64,000 nt of DNA from Gemmataceae bacterium (GCA_009691845.1 SIAJ01000013.1:13749-77748); one strand, 5' to 3'. Numbered from the stretch's first letter, positions 46,860 through 56,232 are shown. The notes: generated by a model not told the origin, from the letters alone. Translations and numbers: made by a program.

Positions 46860-47030
46860 TTCGACCCAGACGTTCTTGGCTTTCGCGTACCAGTCTTCCA
46901 GCGTTGTGATGAGCAAGGTGATCACCTCGCGATGCACGTCACTCTCGGCGAGAGGGCGTCCATCCGCAGTAGGGTACCCTTCTTCCAGCTGATCGGCGTT
47001 TCTTCGATGGAGTGCACAGCATGACTTGTA
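46860..47030 (-). pseudogene. Fragment of a Uma2-family (DUF820) endonuclease gene
   Basis: Hand translation gives ..DQLEEGYPTADGRPLAESDVHREVITLLITTLEDWYAKAKNVWVE.. The remembered Uma2 pattern is YP.SDG.PMAE...H...I..L...LE..+A....V+V.GNL. There is no in-frame ATG upstream, and similarity ends at the CoA-transferase start region. Confidence 0.35.
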
Positions 47031-47080
47031 TACAGCGTCAATTTCGCAGTTTTATTGTACTCGAAGCACTTGAGTGATCG

Positions 47081-47557
47081 CTACGTCGCGTGGCCCACGA
47101 GGGAATACTCCTTCGCGTGCAAACGCAGCGCATCGGCGGGGGTCATGTTGAAGAGGGTGCGGCCATCGCTCACCCATGTGCCGCGACGAAAGTGCATGAC
47201 GGCCGTCGCTTGGCGTGGCTCGGTCGCGGCTTCGACTCCTTCCATGTCTCCACCAGGGACCGGATCGAAGAGCACCGTTACGGGGATGAGAGCCGCGAGC
47301 CTTCGCGTGGCCTTGTCGCGGACCAGCGTGTAGTCGTCCGTGAAGCGGCAGGAGATCCAGCGTAGGCCACGCGGCTTTCCGGTCGAGGCCGCGGCCTTCA
47401 GAACCACCTCTTCCAGTCGCTCGGCCTGCAAGCGGAACGATTCGCGAGCCCGCGCAGTCTGGACCTCGCGCCCAAGTCGAAAGAGCCACCAGGCCCCGCC
47501 TAGCAGCACTAGCGCGGCAAGTGGAAGAAGAAGCGGCCAGAGTTCGAGCCCGCTCAC
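47081..47557 (-). CDS. Hypothetical membrane-anchored protein
   Basis: GTG start overlapping the upstream stop (GTGA). N-terminal TM helix LWPLLLPLAALVLLGGAWWLF. No recognisable family. Confidence 0.4.
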   Translation of the reverse strand: MSGLELWPLLLPLAALVLLGGAWWLFRLGREVQTARARESFRLQAERLEEVVLKAAASTGKPRGLRWISCRFTDDYTLVRDKATRRLAALIPVTVLFDPVPGGDMEGVEAATEPRQATAVMHFRRGTWVSDGRTLFNMTPADALRLHAKEYSLVGHAT

Positions 47558-48861
47558 GGAGACTCCCGTCCGAGGGATTCGTAATAGCTGTAGCGATGAT
47601 CGCGCATCAGCTGGAGTGATTTGGCGATTTCGCCTCGTAAGGGTTCATGGTAGTTGGGAAAGTGTTTTGCGATCATCTGGTCCGCTGTCAGTCCCGAGCG
47701 AACGTCCGCTTCCCAGGCTTCTTCGGACGGGCGCAATTTCGTCTCCGCGTCGCGGAAACCACTCGCCACATTCACAGGCGTGAGACAGGCCACCACGATG
47801 AACAGTGCCGCAGGGCCGTGGCGGGAAAGCCTTCCACCGCGAAGGAGCCAAGCGAAGTACGCGGCAGCCACGGGCGGGAACACGATCCAACCGTAGCGCC
47901 AGGCGAATCCCATGTCGTTGTGGAATCCTGAACGTCCCCAGCCGATTCCGAACGACACGGCCCCGCCGGCCAGTGCGAAGAGTAGCAATCCGGCCGAACG
48001 AAGATCGCGAAAGGCGGACGCAACCAGGAGTGCGAACACCAGGATGGCCGCGAAGAGAAGGGCGATCGCCAACACCGGCCACAAACCGGTGGCTGACGGG
48101 CCAAATGCCATGGATTGTGCTTGCAGGCCGACGCGGAGCGATTCGTAGAGGCCTGCACTCGGCGGATGATGGCCGGGGCGAACGTATCCCTGGAAATAGA
48201 GGGCGATGTACAAGGGGGTTATGCCGACGAGTGCGAGAAGAAGCACGCGTTGCCACATCATCAGCTTGCCGCGAAACGCGAGCAGTACAACCCACGCCCC
48301 CGCTGCGACTCCGTAGGGCAATCCGGCCGAACCGCACAGGAGTAGCAGCCAACCAAGTAGGGTGGCGACAATCGCTCGGTGAAAAGCGGCTTGCCCGGTG
48401 CATTTCACGATGACCCACAGGAGCGTGCATGCCAGCACGGTCATCAACATGAAACACATCTGATAACCCATGTACAGGTTTTCACCCTGACCCGGGTGCA
48501 TCAGCAGCATCGGAAAAACTGCATCGAAGAGCGACGGCCTACCTCGCACGTCGCGTGCCAAACGGATCAGACCGGCAGCCAGCAGGCTCATGGAAAGGCA
48601 ACTTACGTAACAGCCAAGCCTCAGATCGCCGCTCGCTCGAAACTGAAGTAGGTAGATGACGCGTGGCAACGGGAAGCGATGTTCGTTGTGGAGTTCCCAG
48701 AGCCAGGGAATACGGGGCTTCTCTCCGTACAAGACCGGGACGAACTCCCATTCGTCGACGAAGGGGTTGGTCAGGGCGTACCGCGAGACATAAACGAGGC
48801 TGGTAATCAGCATCACGAGCCAAAGGACGAATAGCACAATCCGAGCGTAACGTTCGTTCAT
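47554..48861 (-). CDS. Polytopic membrane protein, possibly a GT-C-fold glycosyltransferase
   Basis: 435 aa with about 11 TM helices. The first loop, ..FVDEWEFVPVLYGEKPRIPWLWELHNEHRFPLPR.., resembles the acidic first loops of GT-C enzymes. The family is not identified. Confidence 0.45.
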   Translation of the reverse strand: MNERYARIVLFVLWLVMLITSLVYVSRYALTNPFVDEWEFVPVLYGEKPRIPWLWELHNEHRFPLPRVIYLLQFRASGDLRLGCYVSCLSMSLLAAGLIRLARDVRGRPSLFDAVFPMLLMHPGQGENLYMGYQMCFMLMTVLACTLLWVIVKCTGQAAFHRAIVATLLGWLLLLCGSAGLPYGVAAGAWVVLLAFRGKLMMWQRVLLLALVGITPLYIALYFQGYVRPGHHPPSAGLYESLRVGLQAQSMAFGPSATGLWPVLAIALLFAAILVFALLVASAFRDLRSAGLLLFALAGGAVSFGIGWGRSGFHNDMGFAWRYGWIVFPPVAAAYFAWLLRGGRLSRHGPAALFIVVACLTPVNVASGFRDAETKLRPSEEAWEADVRSGLTADQMIAKHFPNYHEPLRGEIAKSLQLMRDHRYSYYESLGRESP

Positions 48862-48935
48862 GCTTGTCGGAATCGGGTGCGGGATGTAAGGTAGGTAAAC
48901 CGAATTCTCCGAACCACTGCAGAGGCTTGTCCGTC

Positions 48936-49097
48936 ATGGTCGAACGTCGAATGGAACTGGACCGCCGCTATCACCGTAAGGAAAAGATGCGGAAGCTCAA
49001 GCGGAAGCTGATTGAAGCCAAGGGCGAAGCCCGCGACAAAATCCTCGCGAAGATCCACGCACTGAGCCCGTTCTGGACGGAACCGAAAAAAGCATAA
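48936..49097 (+). CDS. Small basic helical protein (53 aa), hypothetical
   Basis: MVERRMELDRRYHRKEKMRKLKRKLIEAKGEARDKILAKIHALSPFWTEPKKA. It resembles small conserved K/R-rich proteins I have seen annotated as hypothetical in this phylum. ATG at 48936. Confidence 0.4.
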   Translation: MVERRMELDRRYHRKEKMRKLKRKLIEAKGEARDKILAKIHALSPFWTEPKKA

Positions 49098-49108
49098 GTG
49101 CACAGTAG

Positions 49109-49138
49109 AACGTGCCAGGTGATCTCACTTGGCACGTT
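49109..49138. terminator. Hairpin between convergent genes (9-bp stem), followed by TCACTTTT
   Basis: aacgtgcca-ggtgatctcact-tggcacgtt, lying between the small ORF stop (49097) and the aroA stop (49139). Confidence 0.45.
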
Positions 49139-50482
49139 TCACTTTTGACTTTGTACTTTCAACAAGTCTTGCCAGAACCCCGGATACGTCTTCGCGACGC
49201 AGCCGGGGTTCTTGATTCCTACACCAGGCACCTTCAAACCAATCAATGCCAGGCTCATGGCCATGCGATGGTCGTGGTACGTGTCGACAGCCGCCCCGTG
49301 CAATGGTCGTGGCGTGATCTTCAAGCCGTCCTCGAATTCTTCAACCGCCGCTCCGAGCCTGCGTAGTTCGGTCGCCAAGGCCGCGATGCGATCAGTTTCT
49401 TTGTGCCGAATATGAGCGACGTTGCGAATCCGCGTAGGCCCCTCGGCAAAACATGCGACGGCCCCGAGAGTCATGACGGTATCGCTAATCGCGTTCATAT
49501 CGACATCAACGCCCTGCAATGCTCCGCCGTGGACGGTGATGCCCGCGTCGCAGGTTTCGACACGGCAACCCATCTGCTGAAGCACACCCACGAAATGCAC
49601 GTCGCCTTGCAAGCTACTGAGCGACAGGTTCTGAACAGTGACCCGGCCACCGAGAATCGCGGCGGCGGCGAAGAAGTAGCTGGCGGCGGACGCGTCGGGT
49701 TCGATGGCGTAGCGGCCTTGAAGTAGCGTTTCGCCAACAGATTGAACTCGATACTCGTTCGGCTCGCTGCGAGAAACAATACTCCCCCAAGACACCATCA
49801 TGCTCAGTGTCATCTCGATGTAGGGCTCCGAAACAACCGGGCCGTCAACGCGGATCGTGAGCGCACGACCAGTGTGAGGAGCGGCCATGAGCAGCGCACT
49901 CAAGAATTGACTGCTTACATCGGCACGAATGTGAACGAGGTCAGCCTGAATTCCCGAAGCCTTCAGGGTAATCGGTGGGCAGCCCGTGCCGTTATCGCTG
50001 GTTGCCTGGGCCCCGATTTGCGTCAAGGCATTGAGCAAGTCGCGAATTGGCCGTTCGCGCATGCGTGGCACGCCATCGAGCCTGTAGGTGCCGTGGCCCA
50101 ACGCAAGCATGGCCGTCAGGAAACGAACCGTTGTTCCGGAATTGGCCACAAAAAGATCTGCCGATTCCGCAGGAATGATCCGCCCGGAAAGGTTGCGAGC
50201 GATTCGAACGGTCGGCCAATTGACCTCGACTCGAAAGCCAAGCCGTGTGAGGCACTCGACCATGACTTCGGTGTCTTCGCTCTGCAAGGCATTGGTTAGT
50301 TCGCATTCTTCGCGTTGACTGGCCAATGCTGCTAACACCAGTGCCCGATTCGTGATGCTCTTGGAACCTGGGACCGAGACCGTGGCCGAAAGCGCACGAC
50401 CAGAAAATGGCTGGATTTCAAGCGGATCGGGATAGGAAAAACCGGCGCTCAATATGTGACCCTCACCAAAAACAACCCACAT
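49139..50482 (-). CDS. aroA: 3-phosphoshikimate 1-carboxyvinyltransferase (EPSP synthase)
   Basis: VSVPGSKSITNRALVLAALA, ..LFVANSGTTVRFL.., ..HRMAMSLAL.. The start at 50482 overlaps the truA 3' end by 34 nt. Confidence 0.9.
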   Translation of the reverse strand: MWVVFGEGHILSAGFSYPDPLEIQPFSGRALSATVSVPGSKSITNRALVLAALASQREECELTNALQSEDTEVMVECLTRLGFRVEVNWPTVRIARNLSGRIIPAESADLFVANSGTTVRFLTAMLALGHGTYRLDGVPRMRERPIRDLLNALTQIGAQATSDNGTGCPPITLKASGIQADLVHIRADVSSQFLSALLMAAPHTGRALTIRVDGPVVSEPYIEMTLSMMVSWGSIVSRSEPNEYRVQSVGETLLQGRYAIEPDASAASYFFAAAAILGGRVTVQNLSLSSLQGDVHFVGVLQQMGCRVETCDAGITVHGGALQGVDVDMNAISDTVMTLGAVACFAEGPTRIRNVAHIRHKETDRIAALATELRRLGAAVEEFEDGLKITPRPLHGAAVDTYHDHRMAMSLALIGLKVPGVGIKNPGCVAKTYPGFWQDLLKVQSQK

Positions 50483-51183
50483 GCCGGTGCAGTCGGCCCT
50501 GCCAGCCGGCGATCCTCGGCCTTCAAGATCTCTGCCATCTTATCCTCAGTCCAGTATCCCCGGCCGACGTTGATCAGCGTGCCGGCAATCGCACGTACCA
50601 TGTTGTAGAGAAAGCCGTCGGCTTCCACCTCGATCCGGATCGATTCGTCGGTTCGGGTCACGTCCAATCGCGTGATGGTGCGGACACTCGTCTTCCGGTT
50701 CGGCCACTCGGTTTCAAAGCTGTGGAAGTCGTGCGTCCCGACCAGAACCATGGCGGCTCGATCCATCGCTTCCACGACGAGCCGTTGCTTGAAGTGATAG
50801 GCATAGCGGCGTGAGAACGGATCCGCGAGAGGGCCATCGTGGATGACATAGCGGTACAGCTTTCGCACCGCGTGCCGGTTGGCATCGAATGCCGGGTCAA
50901 CTTCTTCCGCCTCGATCACCACCAGATCTTCCGGCAGATTCGCGTTGATCGCCCGTGGAAGCTTTTCGGTCGGCAGGTGTGTCTCCGAGAGAAAATTCAC
51001 AACTTGTCCGAGTGCGTGAACGCCCGCATCCGTGCGACCGCTCGCGTTGGCGTAAGGGCGAACACCGGTCACTTTCGCGATGGCCAGCTCCAACGTTTCC
51101 TGAACCGTCCGCCCATCCGGCTGGACTTGCCAGCCGAGGAAATCGGTGCCATCGTAGCGAAGGGTGAGTTTGAAGTTGCGCAT
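50449..51183 (-). CDS. truA: tRNA pseudouridine(38-40) synthase TruA
   Basis: MRNFKLTLRYDGTDFLGWQVQ...GRTDAGVHALGQVVNF (catalytic Asp). Start trimmed to the ATG at 51183. Confidence 0.9.
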   Translation of the reverse strand: MRNFKLTLRYDGTDFLGWQVQPDGRTVQETLELAIAKVTGVRPYANASGRTDAGVHALGQVVNFLSETHLPTEKLPRAINANLPEDLVVIEAEEVDPAFDANRHAVRKLYRYVIHDGPLADPFSRRYAYHFKQRLVVEAMDRAAMVLVGTHDFHSFETEWPNRKTSVRTITRLDVTRTDESIRIEVEADGFLYNMVRAIAGTLINVGRGYWTEDKMAEILKAEDRRLAGPTAPACGLFLVRVTY

Positions 51184-51835
51184 CGGACGATTCATAGGGT
51201 GCTCTGTTCACGTAGCAGCCGCCCCAGAGACTGCCGCCCATGGCGAACCAGGCCAAGCAACTCGTACCCCGGCACTTCGCCTGATCCCGACGCCGAGCCG
51301 GCGGGCGATAAAAGATTGGTGACGGTGTTCACGGTGACAGTGACGTTGCTTGACACGAACTGCATCACTTTCGGCTTTCTGGCGACAAACATCTTTCGCC
51401 AGCGTGGACAATTGTGGACATTTTGGGACACCTCTGGCCGATCGGCTCGCCGACCGCGACGGGCCACACACATGAAATAGCGCCGCGAAGGCAAATGTTA
51501 AGCGGTCTTGGCGGAAAATGTGAAAGTATCCGCGACCTGGGGAGGGAAGCCAACCTCGAACTTGACTTGGATGCTCACGGCAAACGGACTTCGTCCAGCT
51601 GAGCGAGGTATAACTTCATGCCCTTTACTGACAAAACCTGACAAGTCTTGACATCCGATTCTGTGTCCACCTCGTGTGCATCAAATTCTCGAAAGACAAC
51701 ATGTCAATCGGGTGCGCCCATCGCGACGCATGCAGATTCCCTAATTGGACAACCCGAGTCAAGGTTGGTAGGTCTGCGAATCCGCCGATGCCGAAGACGG
51801 GGGAATGCGGAAGAGCAATGGAGCTACGGAGAATG

Positions 51836-51961
51836 CTGGATTACCCCAGAATGCCGGATACAACTGGTTGACGTTGTCTCCGGACTGGCTTCACCGCTCA
51901 GGTACTGCAACACGACCTGAGCCTTGAACTCAGCCGAGAAGGACCGACGAATTCAACGCAT
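51836..51961 (-). mobile_element. Remnant of an IS3-family transposase OrfA (HTH, PF01527-like); degraded, with no OrfB and no inverted repeats recognised
   Basis: Hand translation: MR*IRRSFSAEFKAQVVLQYLSGEASPE.., against the remembered OrfA consensus M.K.RRSFS.EFKAQVVLE.LSGE.S..ELCR. In-frame TGA at codon 3; similarity is lost after about 27 codons. Confidence 0.45.
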
Positions 51962-52238
51962 GGAACAGGTTTTCTACAGAGCAACTTTCCTCGCTTTCAA
52001 GTCGCGTGCTCTTTCTTCGGAATGCCCCACGGCCTTATCGTCGATGCCAGGCCAAGATTCTTGGCGCTCTTCGCGTTCCTCTCGACTGAGCCAAACGTCT
52101 GCCTTCAGGCGATGGATTGCCGCACAGCTTCCAAAAGCAAAAAACGAGTTGCCTACCCGCTAGATTTCCTCGCCGTTAAACGCCGGAACTCGAATAACGA
52201 ATGACGTAGGAAGCCTTTCGCATTCATCGGGCCATTGC

Positions 52239-54344
52239 ATGGGAACCGCTGCTACACCCACCGCGCCTGCCTTCCTACTGGACCAGAAATGGCCGTTCCG
52301 GATCGCGTTGGCCGTTTGGCTGGCGGTCGGCGTGGGGGCCTGGTTCCTGGCGGAGGGCATGGGTCGACCTGGGCAGGTGATTCTGGTCGGGCTTTGGATC
52401 ATTGGTCTTGGGCTTCTCTTACGGCAATTCATCCTCTCGCTATTTGGGCCGGTGCTGGCTTACGACATGCTCCGGGTCGGTCGCCGGAGCCGGCAGATTT
52501 GGTTTCGGCTGGCCTACGCCATCCTGCTCGCGTTTCTTTTTACCTGGATTTACTTCGCGTGGGTGTCGTTTCGAGGTCCTGGCCAGGTGAGGCCCAAGGA
52601 CCTGTCTCAACTGGCCGAAACATATTTCGGCGTCTACATGGTCGTTCAGTTTATCCTGGTGTGCGTGCTCACGCCTGCCTCGGTTGCTGGTGCCATCGCG
52701 GAGGAAAAAGAACGCCGAACACTGGAGTTCCTGCTCGCCACCGATCTGAATAACCGCGAAATCGTGTTCGGTAAGTTGGCGACGCGCGTGGGAAGTCTGC
52801 TGTTGCTCCTCGCGGCCGGCCTGCCAATCCTGACGCTCATGCAGTTTTTCGGCGGCATCGATCCCGATCTGGTAATTGCCGGATTCGTGGCCACTGTGCT
52901 CATCGTGCTCAGCCTGGCCGCAGTCGGGATGGCCGCCTCGGTGCTGGCGCGGAAGGCACGCGATGCCATTGCACTCACATATTTGATCGGCGTCGCCTAC
53001 ATCGTTCTCTCGCTCTTGCTCTACGGCCTGGCAGTCATTTCCGCTCTCAAGTGGGACTTTGATATCCTGGGCTACACGATTTCCTCCGAGGATGCCGCCT
53101 ACCCGTTCGTGGCCGGGAATCCGTTCTTCCAGGTGGTTATCGTTTTGGAAACGCGGGGCGGTGGGACACGCGATCTCTTCGAAACCCTTTGGCATTTCAC
53201 CGCCTTTCATCTGTTCGTGATCGTGCTCTTCCTCGCCTGGGCCGGATTACGGTTGCGCTCGATCGCACTGGCACAAACGTTTGGCAGTACACGCCGATCG
53301 ATTTTTCGGAGGTTGGTTGCTCCACGACAAGAGAATTCAAAATCGGCGACGCGACGACGGCCCTACGCCAGAAAGTCCACACGGCCCGAGGTCGGTTCGT
53401 ACCCGATCATGTGGAAAGAAGTTTTCGTCGATGCCGGCCTGCGCATGGGAGCTTTTGGCAAATTCGTGATCATCGGCTTGGTGGGGCTTTCGTTCGTGCC
53501 GATCGCGCTCATCTTCTGGTTTTCGTTCATCGACTATTCGGGCTGGCGGAGCAACAATAGCGACTGGTGGGTCCTCGAACGCTGGAAGCAATTCGGCGAA
53601 GGAATGAACGCCTATCTACGCGTGGCGGGGACCGTGGCCACCACACTTGTATTTCTTGCCGTGGCCGTGCGCGGTTCGGGCGTGATTTCCGGCGAACGTG
53701 ATCGGCACACGCTGGATGTCTTGCTCACCACGCCGCTCAACGCCCCGACAATTGTCTGGGGCAAGTGGTGGGGCTGCATTCTCGGCATGCGTTGGGCCTG
53801 GGCTTGGATCTTCTCCCTCTGGGTGTTGACAGTCGCGGCCGGTGGCGTCCATCCGATCATGTTTCCCGCGGCAATCATCAGCATTGCCGTTTACGCCAGC
53901 GGCTTTGCCTGGATTGGCATCTACTGTTCCTTGCAAATGCGTTCGACACTGCGTGCCACGATGGCCGCGATCCTCCTGAGCATCTTCTTCGGTGGCGGCT
54001 ACTTCCTGATCTTCGTGATGTGCTGCGTGCTTCCGCTCTCGTTTGGGCCAGGTCCGGGGAGCGATATGAGAATCTTCGTCGATTTGCTCTGTTCGTTCTC
54101 CCCGCCGGTTAATCTCGGCTGGCTGCCGGTTCATGAGCTTAACGAACGCGAACTCTCGCTGGCGAGCCGCGACATGCCGTATCCTTCGTTCTGGATCCTG
54201 GGCCTGATCGCCTGGGGAGTCTTTTCGCTGGCTCTATCGCGAGTGTGTGTGATGAAGTTTCGGCTGCTCGCAAACCGCCTGCCGATGGTCCCTGAACGAT
54301 CCGTGCGCCCTCACAACGTGCCTCCGCCGCTGCCGCGAGTTTGA
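52239..54344 (+). CDS. Internally duplicated ABC-2-type transporter permease (two tandem modules)
   Basis: Module 1: ..AEEKERRTLEFLLATDLNNREIVFGKL.. Module 2: ..SGERDRHTLDVLLTTPLNAPTIVWGKWWG.. Each is followed by about 5 TM helices. No ATPase gene adjacent. Confidence 0.6.
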   Translation: MGTAATPTAPAFLLDQKWPFRIALAVWLAVGVGAWFLAEGMGRPGQVILVGLWIIGLGLLLRQFILSLFGPVLAYDMLRVGRRSRQIWFRLAYAILLAFLFTWIYFAWVSFRGPGQVRPKDLSQLAETYFGVYMVVQFILVCVLTPASVAGAIAEEKERRTLEFLLATDLNNREIVFGKLATRVGSLLLLLAAGLPILTLMQFFGGIDPDLVIAGFVATVLIVLSLAAVGMAASVLARKARDAIALTYLIGVAYIVLSLLLYGLAVISALKWDFDILGYTISSEDAAYPFVAGNPFFQVVIVLETRGGGTRDLFETLWHFTAFHLFVIVLFLAWAGLRLRSIALAQTFGSTRRSIFRRLVAPRQENSKSATRRRPYARKSTRPEVGSYPIMWKEVFVDAGLRMGAFGKFVIIGLVGLSFVPIALIFWFSFIDYSGWRSNNSDWWVLERWKQFGEGMNAYLRVAGTVATTLVFLAVAVRGSGVISGERDRHTLDVLLTTPLNAPTIVWGKWWGCILGMRWAWAWIFSLWVLTVAAGGVHPIMFPAAIISIAVYASGFAWIGIYCSLQMRSTLRATMAAILLSIFFGGGYFLIFVMCCVLPLSFGPGPGSDMRIFVDLLCSFSPPVNLGWLPVHELNERELSLASRDMPYPSFWILGLIAWGVFSLALSRVCVMKFRLLANRLPMVPERSVRPHNVPPPLPRV

Positions 54345-54401
54345 CCTCGACGATTCCGCCTGCTTCGCAGTAAGATGTGGGTGTCCCTCCCACCTAACTC
54401 G

Positions 54402-56225
54402 ATGCAAATCATGCCAAACAAAAGAGCCATTCTTGCTTGCCTGGTAGTACTCTCATCGGCGTCGCTGCTTCACGGCGACCAGTCCTCCATCGACCGCATG
54501 AAGAAGGACCTTTACTTCCTCGCCAGCGAGGAATGCGAAGGCCGCGGGTTGAAGACCGAAGGCATACAGAAAGCGGCTGCATACATTGCCGCCGAGTTCA
54601 AGGCCGCAGGCTTGAAACCCGCGATGAAGGACGGCTCGTACTTCCAGCCGTTCGGCGTCAAGGAAAGCTACCTCGAGAATGGACCGAACAAGTTGCTGAT
54701 GACTGGTCCGGACGGCAAACAGATCGAGCCGGCATTTTTGAAAGCCTTCACCGTGTCCGGCCTGAGCGGCCGAGGCGGAATCGGCGGCGGCGTCGTCTTC
54801 GCGGGTTACGGCATCACGAGCGCCAAGTACGACGACTACAAGGACCTCAATGTCAAGAACCAGGTTGTCATCGTCTTCCGTCAATTCCCAAGAGGAAAAG
54901 CCAAGAAAGATGGCTTGTTTACGGAGGAAGAATCACGCAAGCACTCGCCGCTGATCGAGAAGATTAACCTGGCTGCCAAAAACGGGGCGGCAGCCGTGGT
55001 CTTCGTCAACGACAAGGAGATGGCCGGCAAGGACGACCCGTTGATGGGCTTCAGTTATGCCAGCGAGGACGGCAAGATCGGGTCGATACCCGTGGTTCAC
55101 GTGAAACGAGCGGTTATCGATCAGATCCTGGCCGCGAACGGACAGTCGGTCGAAAAACTTGAAGCAGCCATCGACGGCGATTTGAAGCCGCGCAGCACGG
55201 TTCTCGCGGGCTGGTCGGCCAACGTGCAAACGGCAGTCGGCATTCGCGAGATCATCACCAAAAACGTCGTCGGTGTGCTCGAAGGGACGGGGCTCCTCGG
55301 CGAAGAGACCGTCGTGATCGGTGCTCACTACGATCACCTTGGTCGCGGCGAACGTGGTACCAGAGAGCTCGGCAGCACCGCGATTCACTACGGTGCGGAC
55401 GACAACGGCTCCGGCACGACCGCACTCTTGGAACTCGCTCGCCGCTATGGGGCCCGCAAGGATCGCACGGGCCGTCGCATCGTGTTTGTCGCGTTCAGCG
55501 GCGAGGAAAAGGGCCTTCTCGGTTCATTGCACTACTGCGACAAGCCGCCGTTCGCCATGAAGGACACCGTGGCCATGCTGAACATGGACATGCTCGGCCG
55601 CCTGCGGCCCGACGGCAAAACTAAGAAGGATCGTATCACGATCGGCGGCATCGGTTCCGCGAAGAACTTTGAGAAACTGCTCGACGACGCGAACGCCAAG
55701 CCCGACTTCCACATCGACAAGGTCAAGAGTGGCACAGGCCCGAGCGACCACACCTCGTTCTACCTCGCCAAGGTCCCCGTTTACTTCTTCTACACGGGCG
55801 ATCATCCCGAATACCACACGCCAAAGGACAAGCCGGAGACGATCAACTTCGACGGCATTCTGAAAGTCGCGAACATCGTGGACGATCTGACGACGACGAT
55901 CTCGGTCGCGAAGGATCGCCCCGAGTACGTGGCGGGAGTGGGCGGTTCCATGTCCGGCGGACCGACCGGGCCGAAGCTGGGCCTGATGCCGCGATACGAC
56001 GATGCTGAGACCAAAGGCATGGAAGTCAGCGGCGTCGTCCCCGGCGGAGCCGCCGAGGCCGCGGGCATCAAGAAAGGCGACCGCATCATGGCCATTGCCG
56101 GCAAGCCCGTCAAGAACGTCCAGGACTACATGAAAGCCATGTCCGGCCTGAAACGCGGCGAGGAAGTGGAACTCACGATCGAACGCGATGACAAGACGCT
56201 CAAGGTGAAGGCGACACCGAAGTGA
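54402..56225 (+). CDS. Secreted M28-family aminopeptidase with PA domain and C-terminal PDZ domain
   Basis: Zn ligand motifs GAHYDHLG, HYGADDNGSGTTALLELAR, FSGEEKGLLGS, NMDMLG, GPSDHTSF. PDZ: GMEVSGVVPGGAAEAAGIKKGDRIMAIAG. Signal peptide after the ATG at 54402. Confidence 0.8.
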   Translation: MQIMPNKRAILACLVVLSSASLLHGDQSSIDRMKKDLYFLASEECEGRGLKTEGIQKAAAYIAAEFKAAGLKPAMKDGSYFQPFGVKESYLENGPNKLLMTGPDGKQIEPAFLKAFTVSGLSGRGGIGGGVVFAGYGITSAKYDDYKDLNVKNQVVIVFRQFPRGKAKKDGLFTEEESRKHSPLIEKINLAAKNGAAAVVFVNDKEMAGKDDPLMGFSYASEDGKIGSIPVVHVKRAVIDQILAANGQSVEKLEAAIDGDLKPRSTVLAGWSANVQTAVGIREIITKNVVGVLEGTGLLGEETVVIGAHYDHLGRGERGTRELGSTAIHYGADDNGSGTTALLELARRYGARKDRTGRRIVFVAFSGEEKGLLGSLHYCDKPPFAMKDTVAMLNMDMLGRLRPDGKTKKDRITIGGIGSAKNFEKLLDDANAKPDFHIDKVKSGTGPSDHTSFYLAKVPVYFFYTGDHPEYHTPKDKPETINFDGILKVANIVDDLTTTISVAKDRPEYVAGVGGSMSGGPTGPKLGLMPRYDDAETKGMEVSGVVPGGAAEAAGIKKGDRIMAIAGKPVKNVQDYMKAMSGLKRGEEVELTIERDDKTLKVKATPK

Positions 56226-56232
56226 GTTATTG

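Noticed and set aside
51192-51494. A 100-aa minus-strand ORF ending ..GEVPGYELLGLVRHGRQSLGRLL, considered as a Ser/Thr kinase N-terminal remnant.
   Set aside because: Only an 8-residue match (PGYELLG) to the usual kinase start. The Gly-loop is not preserved and the ORF runs into the truA start. Too weak to call as a feature; it is mentioned only as context in the IS-scar finding.
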